A stretch of DNA of 64,000 nucleotides. Source: Candidatus Buchananbacteria bacterium (GTDB taxonomy: Bacteria; Patescibacteriota; Patescibacteriia; Buchananbacterales; UBA6539). Positions 29,048-38,631 of this stretch are shown here, piece after piece. The notes beneath the pieces were generated by a model. That model searched no databases and was not told the origin of the DNA. It saw only the letters and a list, made by a program, of their open reading frames with translations. Within the stretch, counting starts at the first letter, position 1. Each line of letters opens with the position of its first letter. Location of the stretch: contig JABWCG010000001.1 in the NCBI GenBank assembly GCA_013359225.1, positions 134,410 to 198,409 on the forward strand. Direction: 5' to 3'. Made by a program: the position numbers and the translations under genes.

Positions 29048-30244
29048 TTAATATTGTTCTTCCCAGTGATCAATTTGAATTAATGGTCCGTTAGGGTTAT
29101 AAATCGGATCAATCACTTTTTGGAAGTTTTCCGGCGTATAGACTAAATTAATTGCGCCGCCACTTGAAGTAATTTCAGCGTCAAACCCGGTCATACTGCC
29201 ATTAATATTAAAAACAGTTCCTGAGCTGGTAATCTCCAAGTCGTCTCCGGCATAAATCAAGCCGTTTATATTGACCGTGCCTCCGGAGGTGGTAATATCA
29301 ACGTCTTCTTTGGAAATTAGCCCGCCGCCATAGGTAGCATCAGAGTTAACGGTTAACGTTCTACCGGCTAACGTCACTTCAATTTCTCCTTCAGCCACTA
29401 AAACACCGTTAATGGTCATATTTTTGCCGATAATTTCGGCCTCACCCGCAACATAGATTATCCCGTTAAGCGTGGTATTGTTAGGCAGGTTTTTAAACTG
29501 AGTTTTGGTATATGTGGCTGTCGCCCGGCTTTTCCAAGAATTGGGATCATCAGAGTCAATATCAATTTGTAGCATGTCAACAGTTGAAGTCGGCGCTTCT
29601 TTATAGCTGTTATTAAGCGTGATTTTACCTCCGGCCACAACATTTATAACGTTTGATGAGGTGACCGCCCCATCGGTCACCACAATTTCAGCGCCCTGGA
29701 CCTTAAATTCTTGGTTTGCATGAAGGCGACCGCCAGTAGAGCGCAGAACAATTCCAGAGCCCGTAAACCGAAAGTTGCCGTTCTGTTGGGATCCGCGGCC
29801 GCCAGCAAATGTGGCATATTCCCAAGTGGTGCCGCTGCCGGTTGGTCGAGAAATGTATGATTTTACCACTCGTTGTGAAACATTGTCTCCAATTTGATAT
29901 GTTGAAGTAGCAATAATCCAGGCTTCAGCCGTTACAGTATTTCGGGCAGTGACTTGGTATGAGGCGTTAGTATCGCCAAAGACGCTGGATTTACTAATAT
30001 CGTTTGTGGCACTTAGGGTGCCATTCAAAAATGCATTTTTTGTGGCAGTATCGTTTTGGATTTTCCAGAGCATATCATTGATGCCAGTTTCGGCCAAATA
30101 GTAATTTTTTGTGGCTAGCGATTGGACGTTGGCAATTTTGTTTTCTGAATCGGCTGTTGAAAGCAGGTATGCTCCCACGACTAACAAACTAGTCATGACT
30201 AATGTTGACATTATCAAAACGAAGCCGCGAGGTGTGGTTTTCAT
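29048..30244 (-). CDS. PilX/GspK-like large minor pilin
   Basis: PRG|FVLIM prepilin site without Glu5, YYLAETGI, beta-helix-like C-terminus. Confidence 0.75.
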   Translation of the reverse strand: MKTTPRGFVLIMSTLVMTSLLVVGAYLLSTADSENKIANVQSLATKNYYLAETGINDMLWKIQNDTATKNAFLNGTLSATNDISKSSVFGDTNASYQVTARNTVTAEAWIIATSTYQIGDNVSQRVVKSYISRPTGSGTTWEYATFAGGRGSQQNGNFRFTGSGIVLRSTGGRLHANQEFKVQGAEIVVTDGAVTSSNVINVVAGGKITLNNSYKEAPTSTVDMLQIDIDSDDPNSWKSRATATYTKTQFKNLPNNTTLNGIIYVAGEAEIIGKNMTINGVLVAEGEIEVTLAGRTLTVNSDATYGGGLISKEDVDITTSGGTVNINGLIYAGDDLEITSSGTVFNINGSMTGFDAEITSSGGAINLVYTPENFQKVIDPIYNPNGPLIQIDHWEEQY

Positions 30245-30813
30245 ATATTTCTCGGGTTAATAACAGTATCAATTTCTATCGCTTCCGTTTGTTTTTCTAA
30301 AAATAGTTCAATGGTTATATTATCGCCGCCAAAAAAATTCATGCTGGAAAAGTTTTCGCCAATAATTTTTTCTTCAAGCACTGATTGGTCGGGAGCGCCA
30401 AAGGCGTCAACATCATCCCAATAAACATAGGTTGAGGGGTCGGTATCAAAATAGTAAACGATAATTTGTTTTTTTAAATCATCACTGTCCAAAAAATATC
30501 TAATATATTGAATTTGGGAGGTGGTGTGACCGTCTTCAAATTGAATTTCGTGAGGAACGGTCAGGGGGTCGGAATCATCAGTCGGCAATATGGTGACTAG
30601 TTCTTTAGCTTGTCTGATTTCGCGTGACATTAAATCCAGAGTAATTCTGGCGTTTTGAACTAATTCAGATTTGAGGTTACTTTTTCTAAAAACCCTTTGA
30701 TTTAAAATAAATGTTGAACTGACAATTAAAAGAATGAGCAGGGCAATGGTAATTGCCACCGTTAACTCAATTAGGGTTAAACCACTTCTTTTAGTTGGAA
30801 TTTTTCTGTCCAT
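30241..30813 (-). CDS. PilW-like minor pilin
   Basis: RSG|LTLIE prepilin motif; QNARITLDLMSREIRQA. Confidence 0.85.
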   Translation of the reverse strand: MDRKIPTKRSGLTLIELTVAITIALLILLIVSSTFILNQRVFRKSNLKSELVQNARITLDLMSREIRQAKELVTILPTDDSDPLTVPHEIQFEDGHTTSQIQYIRYFLDSDDLKKQIIVYYFDTDPSTYVYWDDVDAFGAPDQSVLEEKIIGENFSSMNFFGGDNITIELFLEKQTEAIEIDTVINPRNI

Positions 30814-30815
30814 TA

Positions 30816-31244
30816 TTAATAGTCGCTAATAATATACTGAATCTCGGTTGATTTTTCTTTTAATACTACGGGGGATTGCCAAAAGACAGTGACGGTAATT
30901 TTTTTGAGTCCGACATCTGAGGCGGAGGAGTTAAAATTGTTATCAACTGTTTCAACGGTAGTTTGTCGCTGAAAATTGTATAGTGGCGAAGCCGGGTCGG
31001 ATGAAACGCGATTTTTTGCTTCAATTGTCCCGGTGCTGATATCTTCATAGTTTAAAGATCGTATTTCTTCAATTTTGCTCAAGGCGATATTTGATGCCAT
31101 GGTTTGGCTTTGCGAGTCACCAATAATTTTTATTCCCAGCGGGAAAAATTGCATGATGCCAAAAATCGCCACTAGCAGTATCAAAATTGCTATAGTGGAT
31201 TCAATAATGGTGAATCCCGATTTACTGTTCAATAATTTCGACAT
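30816..31244 (-). CDS. PilV-like minor pilin
   Basis: KSG|FTIIE prepilin motif; KIEEIR, KKITVTVFW. Confidence 0.85.
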   Translation of the reverse strand: MSKLLNSKSGFTIIESTIAILILLVAIFGIMQFFPLGIKIIGDSQSQTMASNIALSKIEEIRSLNYEDISTGTIEAKNRVSSDPASPLYNFQRQTTVETVDNNFNSSASDVGLKKITVTVFWQSPVVLKEKSTEIQYIISDY

Positions 31245-31659
31245 AGCCAGATGGTTTTATCTCAACGGTTGAAGTTTCGTTTTTAGTATTGATTAGGACA
31301 ATGTTGCCGGTTTGAGCCGCACCGCCGGTTGGGTTAAAAGTTACCGTGTTAGCGGTTAAGTTATTGATTTGGTTGATGGTTACTTCGGCAGCTATGTCAA
31401 CCGTCTTAATAACCTCGTTAGTTTCCGAATTGATTATTTTATACTCGTTACTGGTTGGGTATAAGGTTAAATCGTATAGCACTTGTTCAGTAATTGCCAG
31501 CTGCTGAGTAAGTCGCAGGTTTGTTGCCAATACTCGCGCCTCGCTTCTGAGTTTGGTATTTTTTTGGTAGTTGATAAATACGGGAATAGTCACCAAAGTT
31601 ATAAGACTGACGACGACAATGGTAATACTGAATTCAATTAACGTGAAACCTTTTTTCAT
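31222..31659 (-). CDS. FimT/GspH-like minor pilin
   Basis: KKG|FTLIE prepilin motif; VTFNPTG. Confidence 0.85.
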   Translation of the reverse strand: MKKGFTLIEFSITIVVVSLITLVTIPVFINYQKNTKLRSEARVLATNLRLTQQLAITEQVLYDLTLYPTSNEYKIINSETNEVIKTVDIAAEVTINQINNLTANTVTFNPTGGAAQTGNIVLINTKNETSTVEIKPSGYVEIIEQ

Positions 31660-32732
31660 TAGATTGCCTGACTTAAAGAGTACATTGGCATAATGATGGC
31701 TACAGCCATACCACCAACGCCGATACCCAGAAGCACCATCAATAGCGGCTCAATAATTGATGGCAAATTTTCCATCGTTTGGCGCACATCTTCTTCGTAG
31801 AAAGAGGCTGATTCTTCTAAGATTTCATCAAGTGATCCGGTTTCTTCTCCAACTGCAATCATCTGTAAGACTACGGGAGGAAATAAGTTCATGTATGGTG
31901 TTAGAGAATCTTTGATATTAACTCCTTTTTTTATTTTTTCTTTAGCGTCTGATAAAGCATTTTTAAATAGAGCGTTCCCGAGGATTCGGGCAGTAATTTC
32001 AAAGGATTGAACAATCGGGATGTCAGTTTTAAGCAGAGAGCTTAGTGTTCGACAAAAGCGCGCTAGGTTAATTTTTTTAATGATGGTGCCGGCGACGGGC
32101 ATCTTGAGCAATAACTGGTGAAATTTCAACTTTCCTTCTTTAGTTTTTATAATTCGATTAAGTGCAATGATGCCGACTACGGCAGCGATGGCAATAAAAA
32201 TTCCGTAGGTTACGGCAAATTGACTGCTGGCAATCAGGATTCTGGTTGGCAGTGGCAGGGTAACATTCAATTCCAAAAAGATGCCCGACATTGTCGGAAT
32301 CACATACACTAAAACCAAAACGCCGATTGCCACCATCATCGCAATAACAATCATTGGATAAATCATTGCCCCCTTAACTTTAGAAATGATCTCGTTGTCT
32401 TTTTTCATTTGAATAAAGAGCTGGTTTAATACATCTTCCAGTTTGCCGGACGCCTCGCCGGCTTTAATCATATTAATGAACAGGTCGCCAAAAACATATT
32501 GGTACTGTTCAAGACCCTTGGAAAGCAGATTGCCTTTTTCAACTCCTTGCTGAATATCGGCAAGTATTTTTCGAAATGATTTTGAGCTGGTCTGTTCGGC
32601 CAGTGTCTTGAGGGCTACTGCCAGTGAAATGCCGGATTTAACCATAACACCAAGCTGCTGAACAAAAAATATTTTGAGCGCCAGCTTCAGTTTTCTGGGT
32701 CGGCCAAAGCGGCCAAGAATTTTTTCAAACAT
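31659..32732 (-). CDS. pilC: Type IV pilus platform protein (T2SS F family)
   Basis: MIKAGEASGKL, AMIYP, RFCRTLSSLL, GEETGSLD, IEP. Confidence 0.92.
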   Translation of the reverse strand: MFEKILGRFGRPRKLKLALKIFFVQQLGVMVKSGISLAVALKTLAEQTSSKSFRKILADIQQGVEKGNLLSKGLEQYQYVFGDLFINMIKAGEASGKLEDVLNQLFIQMKKDNEIISKVKGAMIYPMIVIAMMVAIGVLVLVYVIPTMSGIFLELNVTLPLPTRILIASSQFAVTYGIFIAIAAVVGIIALNRIIKTKEGKLKFHQLLLKMPVAGTIIKKINLARFCRTLSSLLKTDIPIVQSFEITARILGNALFKNALSDAKEKIKKGVNIKDSLTPYMNLFPPVVLQMIAVGEETGSLDEILEESASFYEEDVRQTMENLPSIIEPLLMVLLGIGVGGMAVAIIMPMYSLSQAI

Positions 32733-32752
32733 TATGTTGGTTTTATTTTTAT

Positions 32753-34480
32753 TTAATCTTTGGTGACGCGCAGTACTTCTTCAATGGTGGTGATGCCCGT
32801 TTTGGCTTTAATAAACCCGTCTTCTAGAATACTCATCATGCCATTCTTTTTTGCCGCTTCTTCAATTTCGTTGGCGGTACCACCCCTGGTGATTAAGTTG
32901 GATATTTCCGAGTTGACCTCTAAAACTTCGTAGAGCCCGACCCGGCCTTTGTAGCCGGTTTTATCGCATTTTTTACAGCCTTTGCCGCGATAGAATAAAA
33001 GGGACTCGCGGCTTTGTTTTTTGGTAAGCAGGTTTTCTTTTTCCAGGGTTGCAAGGACCGAATCAAGGTTAATTTGTTTTTCAAGTTTGGACAGCTCTTC
33101 TTTGCTGAGGTTGTAGCTTTCAATACAGTCCTGACAAATTTTTCGCACCAATCGCTGGGCGATGATGACATTAGTAGTGGACGCAACTAAAAAGGCGGCG
33201 ACTCCCATTTCACTTAAGCGGGGCAGGGAAGTTGGTGCATCGTTGGTGTGCAGAGTGGACAACACCAAGTGGCCGGTGAGCGCAGCATGAATTGCAATTT
33301 CGGCAGTTTCGTCGTCGCGGATTTCTCCGACCATGATAATATTTGGGTCTTGCCGTAAGAATGATCGCAGACCGCTGGCAAAAGTGTAGCCGATTTTTGG
33401 GTTAACCTGGCTTTGGTTAAGTCCGGGCATGCGGTATTCAATCGGATCTTCAATGGTAGTAATATTTACTTCCGGCCGGTTTAAGATGTTTAAAATCGCA
33501 TACAGGGTTGTGGTTTTACCCGAGCCGGTTGGTCCGGTAACCAGGATTAAACCGTGGGGTTTTTCAATATTTCGTTTAATCGCTTCAAATGATTTTTTTT
33601 GAAACCCTAATTGTTCCAAAGTAATAACGCCGGTGTTTTCATTCAAGGCACGCAGAACGATTTTTTCGCCGTCATAAGTCGGGATAATGGAAACACGAAA
33701 TGATACCTTATATTCGTTTGTTTGGACTTTAAAGCGGCTGTCTTGGGGCAGGCGATGTTCGTCGAGTTTGAGGTTTGATAAGATTTTGATACGAGCGATA
33801 ATGCCGGCGTGAACTGATTTTGGTAGCGTCATAACATTTCGTAGAATACCATCAACGCGGTAGCGCACCATTACTTCTTTTTCTGTCGGCTCAATGTGAA
33901 TATCGGAAGCATTTTCAAAAATGGCGTATTCTAAGAGGGTGTCAACAATTCTGATAACCGGCAGATCGTGCGCCAGTTCCTTGAGTTTAGTATCGCCATT
34001 TTCGTCGCCATTATCATTGTCTTTGGTCAATTCCTGGAATTCGGCTTTCAGGCCTTTGTGATAGTTTTTAAGGGCTTCATTGATACCTGATGGCGTAGTG
34101 ATATGAATTTTTATCTCAGCATCGGTTTTTTTGCTTAGAAATTCAAAAATCTGGAGATCTTCCGGATTTAGGGCAGCGATTTTAAGTTCATGCTCATTGC
34201 GGTCAAAAGCAGCGATTTTATGGGTCGAAGCGATTGGTTCTGGTATTAAAAAAAGAATATCTTTGCGGATAGTCTCGTTTTTCAGGTTAATAAAAGGCAA
34301 ATTGAAATATTGGGCAACAATTTGGTAGAGCTGGTCCTCGTTAAACGCTTTTTGAGACAGGATGTATTCTTCCAGGCTTTGATTTCTTTTTTTTGCTTCT
34401 TCAAGATAGAGATCAAGCTCTTTTTTGCCAATAGTTTTTGTCTCTAAAAGAATTTTTTCTAATTTGCCGTCATCAATCAT
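32753..34480 (-). CDS. pilB: Pilus extension ATPase PilB/GspE
   Basis: ASDIHIEP, GPTGSGKTTT, TIEDPIE, LRQDP, TGHLVLSTLHTN, two CxxC motifs; TTG at 34507 is an alternative start. Confidence 0.95.
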   Translation of the reverse strand: MIDDGKLEKILLETKTIGKKELDLYLEEAKKRNQSLEEYILSQKAFNEDQLYQIVAQYFNLPFINLKNETIRKDILFLIPEPIASTHKIAAFDRNEHELKIAALNPEDLQIFEFLSKKTDAEIKIHITTPSGINEALKNYHKGLKAEFQELTKDNDNGDENGDTKLKELAHDLPVIRIVDTLLEYAIFENASDIHIEPTEKEVMVRYRVDGILRNVMTLPKSVHAGIIARIKILSNLKLDEHRLPQDSRFKVQTNEYKVSFRVSIIPTYDGEKIVLRALNENTGVITLEQLGFQKKSFEAIKRNIEKPHGLILVTGPTGSGKTTTLYAILNILNRPEVNITTIEDPIEYRMPGLNQSQVNPKIGYTFASGLRSFLRQDPNIIMVGEIRDDETAEIAIHAALTGHLVLSTLHTNDAPTSLPRLSEMGVAAFLVASTTNVIIAQRLVRKICQDCIESYNLSKEELSKLEKQINLDSVLATLEKENLLTKKQSRESLLFYRGKGCKKCDKTGYKGRVGLYEVLEVNSEISNLITRGGTANEIEEAAKKNGMMSILEDGFIKAKTGITTIEEVLRVTKD

Positions 34481-34554
34481 AATTATTTTGTTTTTAGGTT
34501 GGTTCAAAGCTATTTTATTATACCATAAAATTAAATTTTAAAAAAGTTGGAAAG

Positions 34555-34583
34555 TGGACAAAATCGGCAATAATCATTATGAT
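34555..34583 (+). promoter_or_regulatory. Promoter of the mraY block
   Basis: TGGACA-17 bp-TATGAT. Confidence 0.55.
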
Positions 34584-34609
34584 TAAAATATCTTAAAAAT
34601 AGCAAAAAT

Positions 34610-34978
34610 ATGATCTTAGATTTTTTCCAGGAAGCTTCAGAAAAGGCTTTTAAAGACAAATTGATTAAATTCGGGCTGGTTTTTTCATTGTTGGTTAATA
34701 TACTGTTATGGATTTTTTTGGCCTGGCAGTCACAGAAGCTATCAGCGGTTATTCCGCTTCATTATAATATTTATTACGGTATTGATTTTTTTGGCCCGTG
34801 GTATTATCTGTTTTTGTTTCCCGGACTCGGTTTGGGTATCTTGGCGCTGAATTTTTTGCTGGCTTTGATGACATATGCTAACTATAAGATTTTAAGTTAT
34901 TTTTTGATGGCCAGCCTGGTTGCAATGCAGATTTTTTTGTTTTTATCTTTGGCGGCGGTTTTAACAATTAATATCTAA
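34610..34978 (+). CDS. 3-TM hypothetical membrane protein (DUF1648-like)
   Basis: IPLHYNIYYGID motif between TMs. Confidence 0.65.
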   Translation: MILDFFQEASEKAFKDKLIKFGLVFSLLVNILLWIFLAWQSQKLSAVIPLHYNIYYGIDFFGPWYYLFLFPGLGLGILALNFLLALMTYANYKILSYFLMASLVAMQIFLFLSLAAVLTINI

Positions 34979-34986
34979 TAAGCGTT

Positions 34987-36027
34987 GTGGCAAATTTCTA
35001 TATTACTAAAATTTTCTTTTTGACTACCGTATCGTTTATTTTGACTTTGATTTGGACTCCGGTTTTAACCCATTTTTTGTATAGCTACCGGCTTGGTAAA
35101 GGTATTCGCGATGAAGCCGCCGCCCCAATTTTTGCAAAAATGCATAAAAAAAAGGCCGGCACCCCAACGATGGGCGGGATTTTAATCTGGGGCACGACAT
35201 TGTTTTTGATTTTATTCTTCTCGTTGGCGGGAAAATTTTTTAACGGCGTTTTTGGTCAGCTTAATTTTTTATCGCGGGCAGAAACTCTGTTGCCGCTTGG
35301 GGCGTTGGTAGCCTCAGCGGTAGTGGGAATGATTGACGATTTGTTTGATATTTGGCGAATGGGAAAAGATGGCGGCGGATTGCGAATGCGCCATCGGTTT
35401 ATTATTTACGGCTTAATTGCGGCGATTGGCGCCTGGTGGTTTTATTTTAAACTGGAATGGACAACGTTATACATTCCGTTCATGGGATATTTCGACATCG
35501 GCTGGTGGTACATCCCGTTTTTTATTTTTGTCATTATCGCAACAGCTCACTCGGTAAATCTAACAGATGGGCTCGATGGTCTGGCAGGCGGAGTTTTGTT
35601 GGTAGCGTTTGGGGCGTACGGCGCCATATCGTTTGCCCAGGGTCGTTATGATTTGGCAACTTTTTGTGGCGTAATTATTGGTGCTCTCTTAGCGTTTTTG
35701 TGGTTCAATATCAATCCGGCTCGATTTTTTATGGGCGATACTGGTTCAATGTCGCTTGGTGTTACGCTTGGTATTATCGCCATGCTGACTAATGCGGCAT
35801 TATTGTTGCCGATCATCGGTTTTATTTTTGTTCTTGAAACTACATCAGTGTTGATTCAAATGGTATCAAAGAAATTTTTTGGCCGTAAGATTTTTATTTC
35901 CTCGCCGCTGCATCATCATCTTGAAGCCAAAGGTTGGCCGGAACCAAAAATCGTTATGCGGTTTTGGGTAATCGCTGGTGTCACTGCAATTATCGGACTG
36001 ATTTTATTTTTAAGCGACAAAAGTTAA
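34987..36027 (+). CDS. mraY: Phospho-N-acetylmuramoyl-pentapeptide transferase
   Basis: KAGTPTMGG, DD, NLTDGLDGL, FMGDTGS, PLHHH. Confidence 0.97.
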   Translation: MANFYITKIFFLTTVSFILTLIWTPVLTHFLYSYRLGKGIRDEAAAPIFAKMHKKKAGTPTMGGILIWGTTLFLILFFSLAGKFFNGVFGQLNFLSRAETLLPLGALVASAVVGMIDDLFDIWRMGKDGGGLRMRHRFIIYGLIAAIGAWWFYFKLEWTTLYIPFMGYFDIGWWYIPFFIFVIIATAHSVNLTDGLDGLAGGVLLVAFGAYGAISFAQGRYDLATFCGVIIGALLAFLWFNINPARFFMGDTGSMSLGVTLGIIAMLTNAALLLPIIGFIFVLETTSVLIQMVSKKFFGRKIFISSPLHHHLEAKGWPEPKIVMRFWVIAGVTAIIGLILFLSDKS

Positions 36028-36028
36028 C

Positions 36029-37435
36029 ATGCCCAGTGCCTTCAAAGATAAAAAAATAACAGTCATGGGTTTGGGGCTTCACGGCGGTGGAGCCGCTGTT
36101 GTCAAATGGCTGGCAAATCAGGGCGCTTGTTTGACGGTAACCGACCTAAAAAATAAAAGACAGCTGCAGCCGTCGTTGGATGCCTTGAAGGGGTTAAAGA
36201 TTAATTATGTTTTGGGTCGCCATCGTGAGCTAGACTTTGTCGGAGCGGATTTGATTATTCAAAACCCGGGAGTGCCGCGCGAATCAAGATATTTAAAAAT
36301 TGCCAGGAAAAAGGGAATTTTGATTGAAAATGATGCCAGTCTTTTTTTTAAACATTGCCCTGCGCCGATTATTGCGGTGACCGGGACGAGAGGTAAATCA
36401 ACTACGACGAGCTTGATTTATGAGTTGTTAAAGCAGACATCAAAAAAGGTTTGGCTGGCCGGGTTGCCTCAAAAACCAATGCTTGAAATTTTAGATCGGG
36501 TTCATCCCAGTGACATAGTGGTGCTTGAGCTATCTTCTTGGCAATTAGAAATTCTTGGTAGTTTTAAACTCTCGCCGCACGTTAGTGTTGTTACCAATAT
36601 TTATCCCGATCATTTGAACCGCTACGGTTCTATGGCGGCGTATATTGCTGCTAAAAAAAATATTTTTCTTTGGCAAACCAGTAGAGATAGCACTGTTTTA
36701 AATTTTGATAACGCTGAAACAAAAAAACTTGGTCGGGAAGTTTCCGCCAGGCGATTCTGGTTTTCAAAAAAAGTTTTTAAAGAAGAAAATGGCGTTTTTG
36801 TTGTCGGACAAAAAATTTACCTACGTCGATTCGGCAAGCAGACTTTTTTGGCGGACGTTTCAGATGTCAATTTGGTCGGCGAGCATAACTTAGAAAATGT
36901 TTTGGCAGCGTTGGCGGTAGTAACGATGTTTGGGGTTACTAACCGGGGGATTAAAACGGTATTAAAAAAATTTCAAAATTTGCCGGGCCGATTGCAAATG
37001 GTTTTTCGTAAGGGGGGAGTAGAATATATTAACGACACAACTGCTACCACTCCGGACGGCACGATTGCTGCACTGAGGGCTTTGAGAAGTAAAAACTTGG
37101 TCGGCAAAAGAATTGTTTTGATTGCTGGCGGTGCTGGCAAAAATATTCCTACCATTAAATATCGCCAACTGGCAAAGGAAATTAAAAACAGTTGTCGGGC
37201 GGTTGTGCTATTTGCCGGCGAAGGTGGCGAAAAAATCGGCCGCACACTTCGGGCAGAAAAATTCCAGCCGGTGGCGTATGATGTTTGCACCATGAGTGAA
37301 GCAATTGGTTTAGCCAACAGCTTTGCCAAGCCGGGAGATACGGTAGCGTTGTCTCCGGCGTCGGCAAGTTTTGGCATGTTTATTAATGAGTTTGACCGCG
37401 GTGATCAGTTTGTGGCCCTGGTAAAAAAATTATGA
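36029..37435 (+). CDS. murD: UDP-MurNAc-L-Ala:D-Glu ligase
   Basis: TGTRGKSTTT, ELSSWQL, DHLNRY, NDTTAT, SPASASF, RGDQF. Confidence 0.95.
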   Translation: MPSAFKDKKITVMGLGLHGGGAAVVKWLANQGACLTVTDLKNKRQLQPSLDALKGLKINYVLGRHRELDFVGADLIIQNPGVPRESRYLKIARKKGILIENDASLFFKHCPAPIIAVTGTRGKSTTTSLIYELLKQTSKKVWLAGLPQKPMLEILDRVHPSDIVVLELSSWQLEILGSFKLSPHVSVVTNIYPDHLNRYGSMAAYIAAKKNIFLWQTSRDSTVLNFDNAETKKLGREVSARRFWFSKKVFKEENGVFVVGQKIYLRRFGKQTFLADVSDVNLVGEHNLENVLAALAVVTMFGVTNRGIKTVLKKFQNLPGRLQMVFRKGGVEYINDTTATTPDGTIAALRALRSKNLVGKRIVLIAGGAGKNIPTIKYRQLAKEIKNSCRAVVLFAGEGGEKIGRTLRAEKFQPVAYDVCTMSEAIGLANSFAKPGDTVALSPASASFGMFINEFDRGDQFVALVKKL

Positions 37436-38595
37436 GACGGTTTCATCTTGCAAACAAAAAGAAAAAAAGTAATTTATTATCCAGAGTTTTACCTGATCAA
37501 AAAAGGTTTGGTAAAACGCCGGATTATTTTTTGGCCGGATTATTTTTTGTCATTATTCTTTTTGGTCTGTTAATGCTTTCGTCAGCCAGCAGTGTGTCGT
37601 CGTTTCGTGAATACAATGATGTTTACTTCTTTTTAAAGCGGCAGATTATCAGAGGATTTTTGCCAGGTTTGGCATTATTTGTCTTTTTCACGGTTGTTAA
37701 TTATCGAACTTGGGAAAAATTTACGGTGCCAATTTTTGGCTTAGCGTTGCTGCTGTTGGTGATGGTTTTAATCCCTGGCATTGGTGCTACGTATAATCAG
37801 TCGCAAAGCTGGATTAGTATTGGTGGTTTGTCGTTTCAGCCGTCAGAGGTTGTTAAATTGCTTTTAATTTTAAGTTTAGCCGGCTGGTTTTCCTACCGCG
37901 GTGAAGCAATGACTGGCGACTTTTGGAATGGTTTTTTGCCATTTTTGGTTATCTTGGGACTGGTTGGTGGGTTGGTGGCGTTGTCGGACCTTGGAACAGC
38001 AATTGTCATTGTTGCGATTGCTGTCGTGATTTATTTTGTTGCCGGTGCGCGAATTAGGCACGTTATTAGTTTAGTAGTGCTGGGTTTTGGGGCTGCAGCG
38101 GTGTTGATCGCTAAAGCACCATATCGCGCCGAACGTTTGATGACTTTTTTAAATCCGGAGCTTGATCCGCTGGGGTTTGGGTATCATATCAATCAGGCTT
38201 TTTTGGCGATTGGTTCTGGTGGTCTGTTCGGGCTGGGGTTTGGGCAGTCGCGCCAAAAATTCGCATATCTGCCAGAAGTGATGGGAGATTCAATTTTTGC
38301 TATCATTGCTGAAGAGCTGGGTTTTATTTTTGCCGCGAGTCTGATTGTCTTGTTTTTACTGCTGGCTTGGCGCGGATTGAAGCTGGCAAAAAAGGTTGAG
38401 GATGACTATGCGAGGTATATTGTTGTTGGCATCATTGGCTGGTTTACCTGGCAGGCTTTTTTCAACATCGCAGCAATGATTGGTTTAATGCCGTTGACCG
38501 GAATTCCGCTACCGTTCATTAGTTATGGAGGGACTGCCCTAGCTTCAGCGATGGCGGCGGCCGGCATTTTGATTAATATTTCCCGCCAGTCTTAG
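37432..38595 (+). CDS. ftsW: Peptidoglycan glycosyltransferase FtsW (SEDS)
   Basis: FQPSE, DLGT, GSGG, LPE..DSIF, PLPFISYGG; between murD and murG. Confidence 0.93.
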   Translation: MRRFHLANKKKKSNLLSRVLPDQKRFGKTPDYFLAGLFFVIILFGLLMLSSASSVSSFREYNDVYFFLKRQIIRGFLPGLALFVFFTVVNYRTWEKFTVPIFGLALLLLVMVLIPGIGATYNQSQSWISIGGLSFQPSEVVKLLLILSLAGWFSYRGEAMTGDFWNGFLPFLVILGLVGGLVALSDLGTAIVIVAIAVVIYFVAGARIRHVISLVVLGFGAAAVLIAKAPYRAERLMTFLNPELDPLGFGYHINQAFLAIGSGGLFGLGFGQSRQKFAYLPEVMGDSIFAIIAEELGFIFAASLIVLFLLLAWRGLKLAKKVEDDYARYIVVGIIGWFTWQAFFNIAAMIGLMPLTGIPLPFISYGGTALASAMAAAGILINISRQS

Positions 38596-38596
38596 C

Positions 38597-38625
38597 TTGC
38601 CGCCCGGGGAGTAATTTGTTACTTT
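38597..38625 (+). promoter_or_regulatory. Internal promoter for murG, probably leaderless
   Basis: TTGCCG-17 bp-TACTTT with TG extension; ATG 6 nt downstream. Confidence 0.55.
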
Positions 38626-38631
38626 TAAGCT

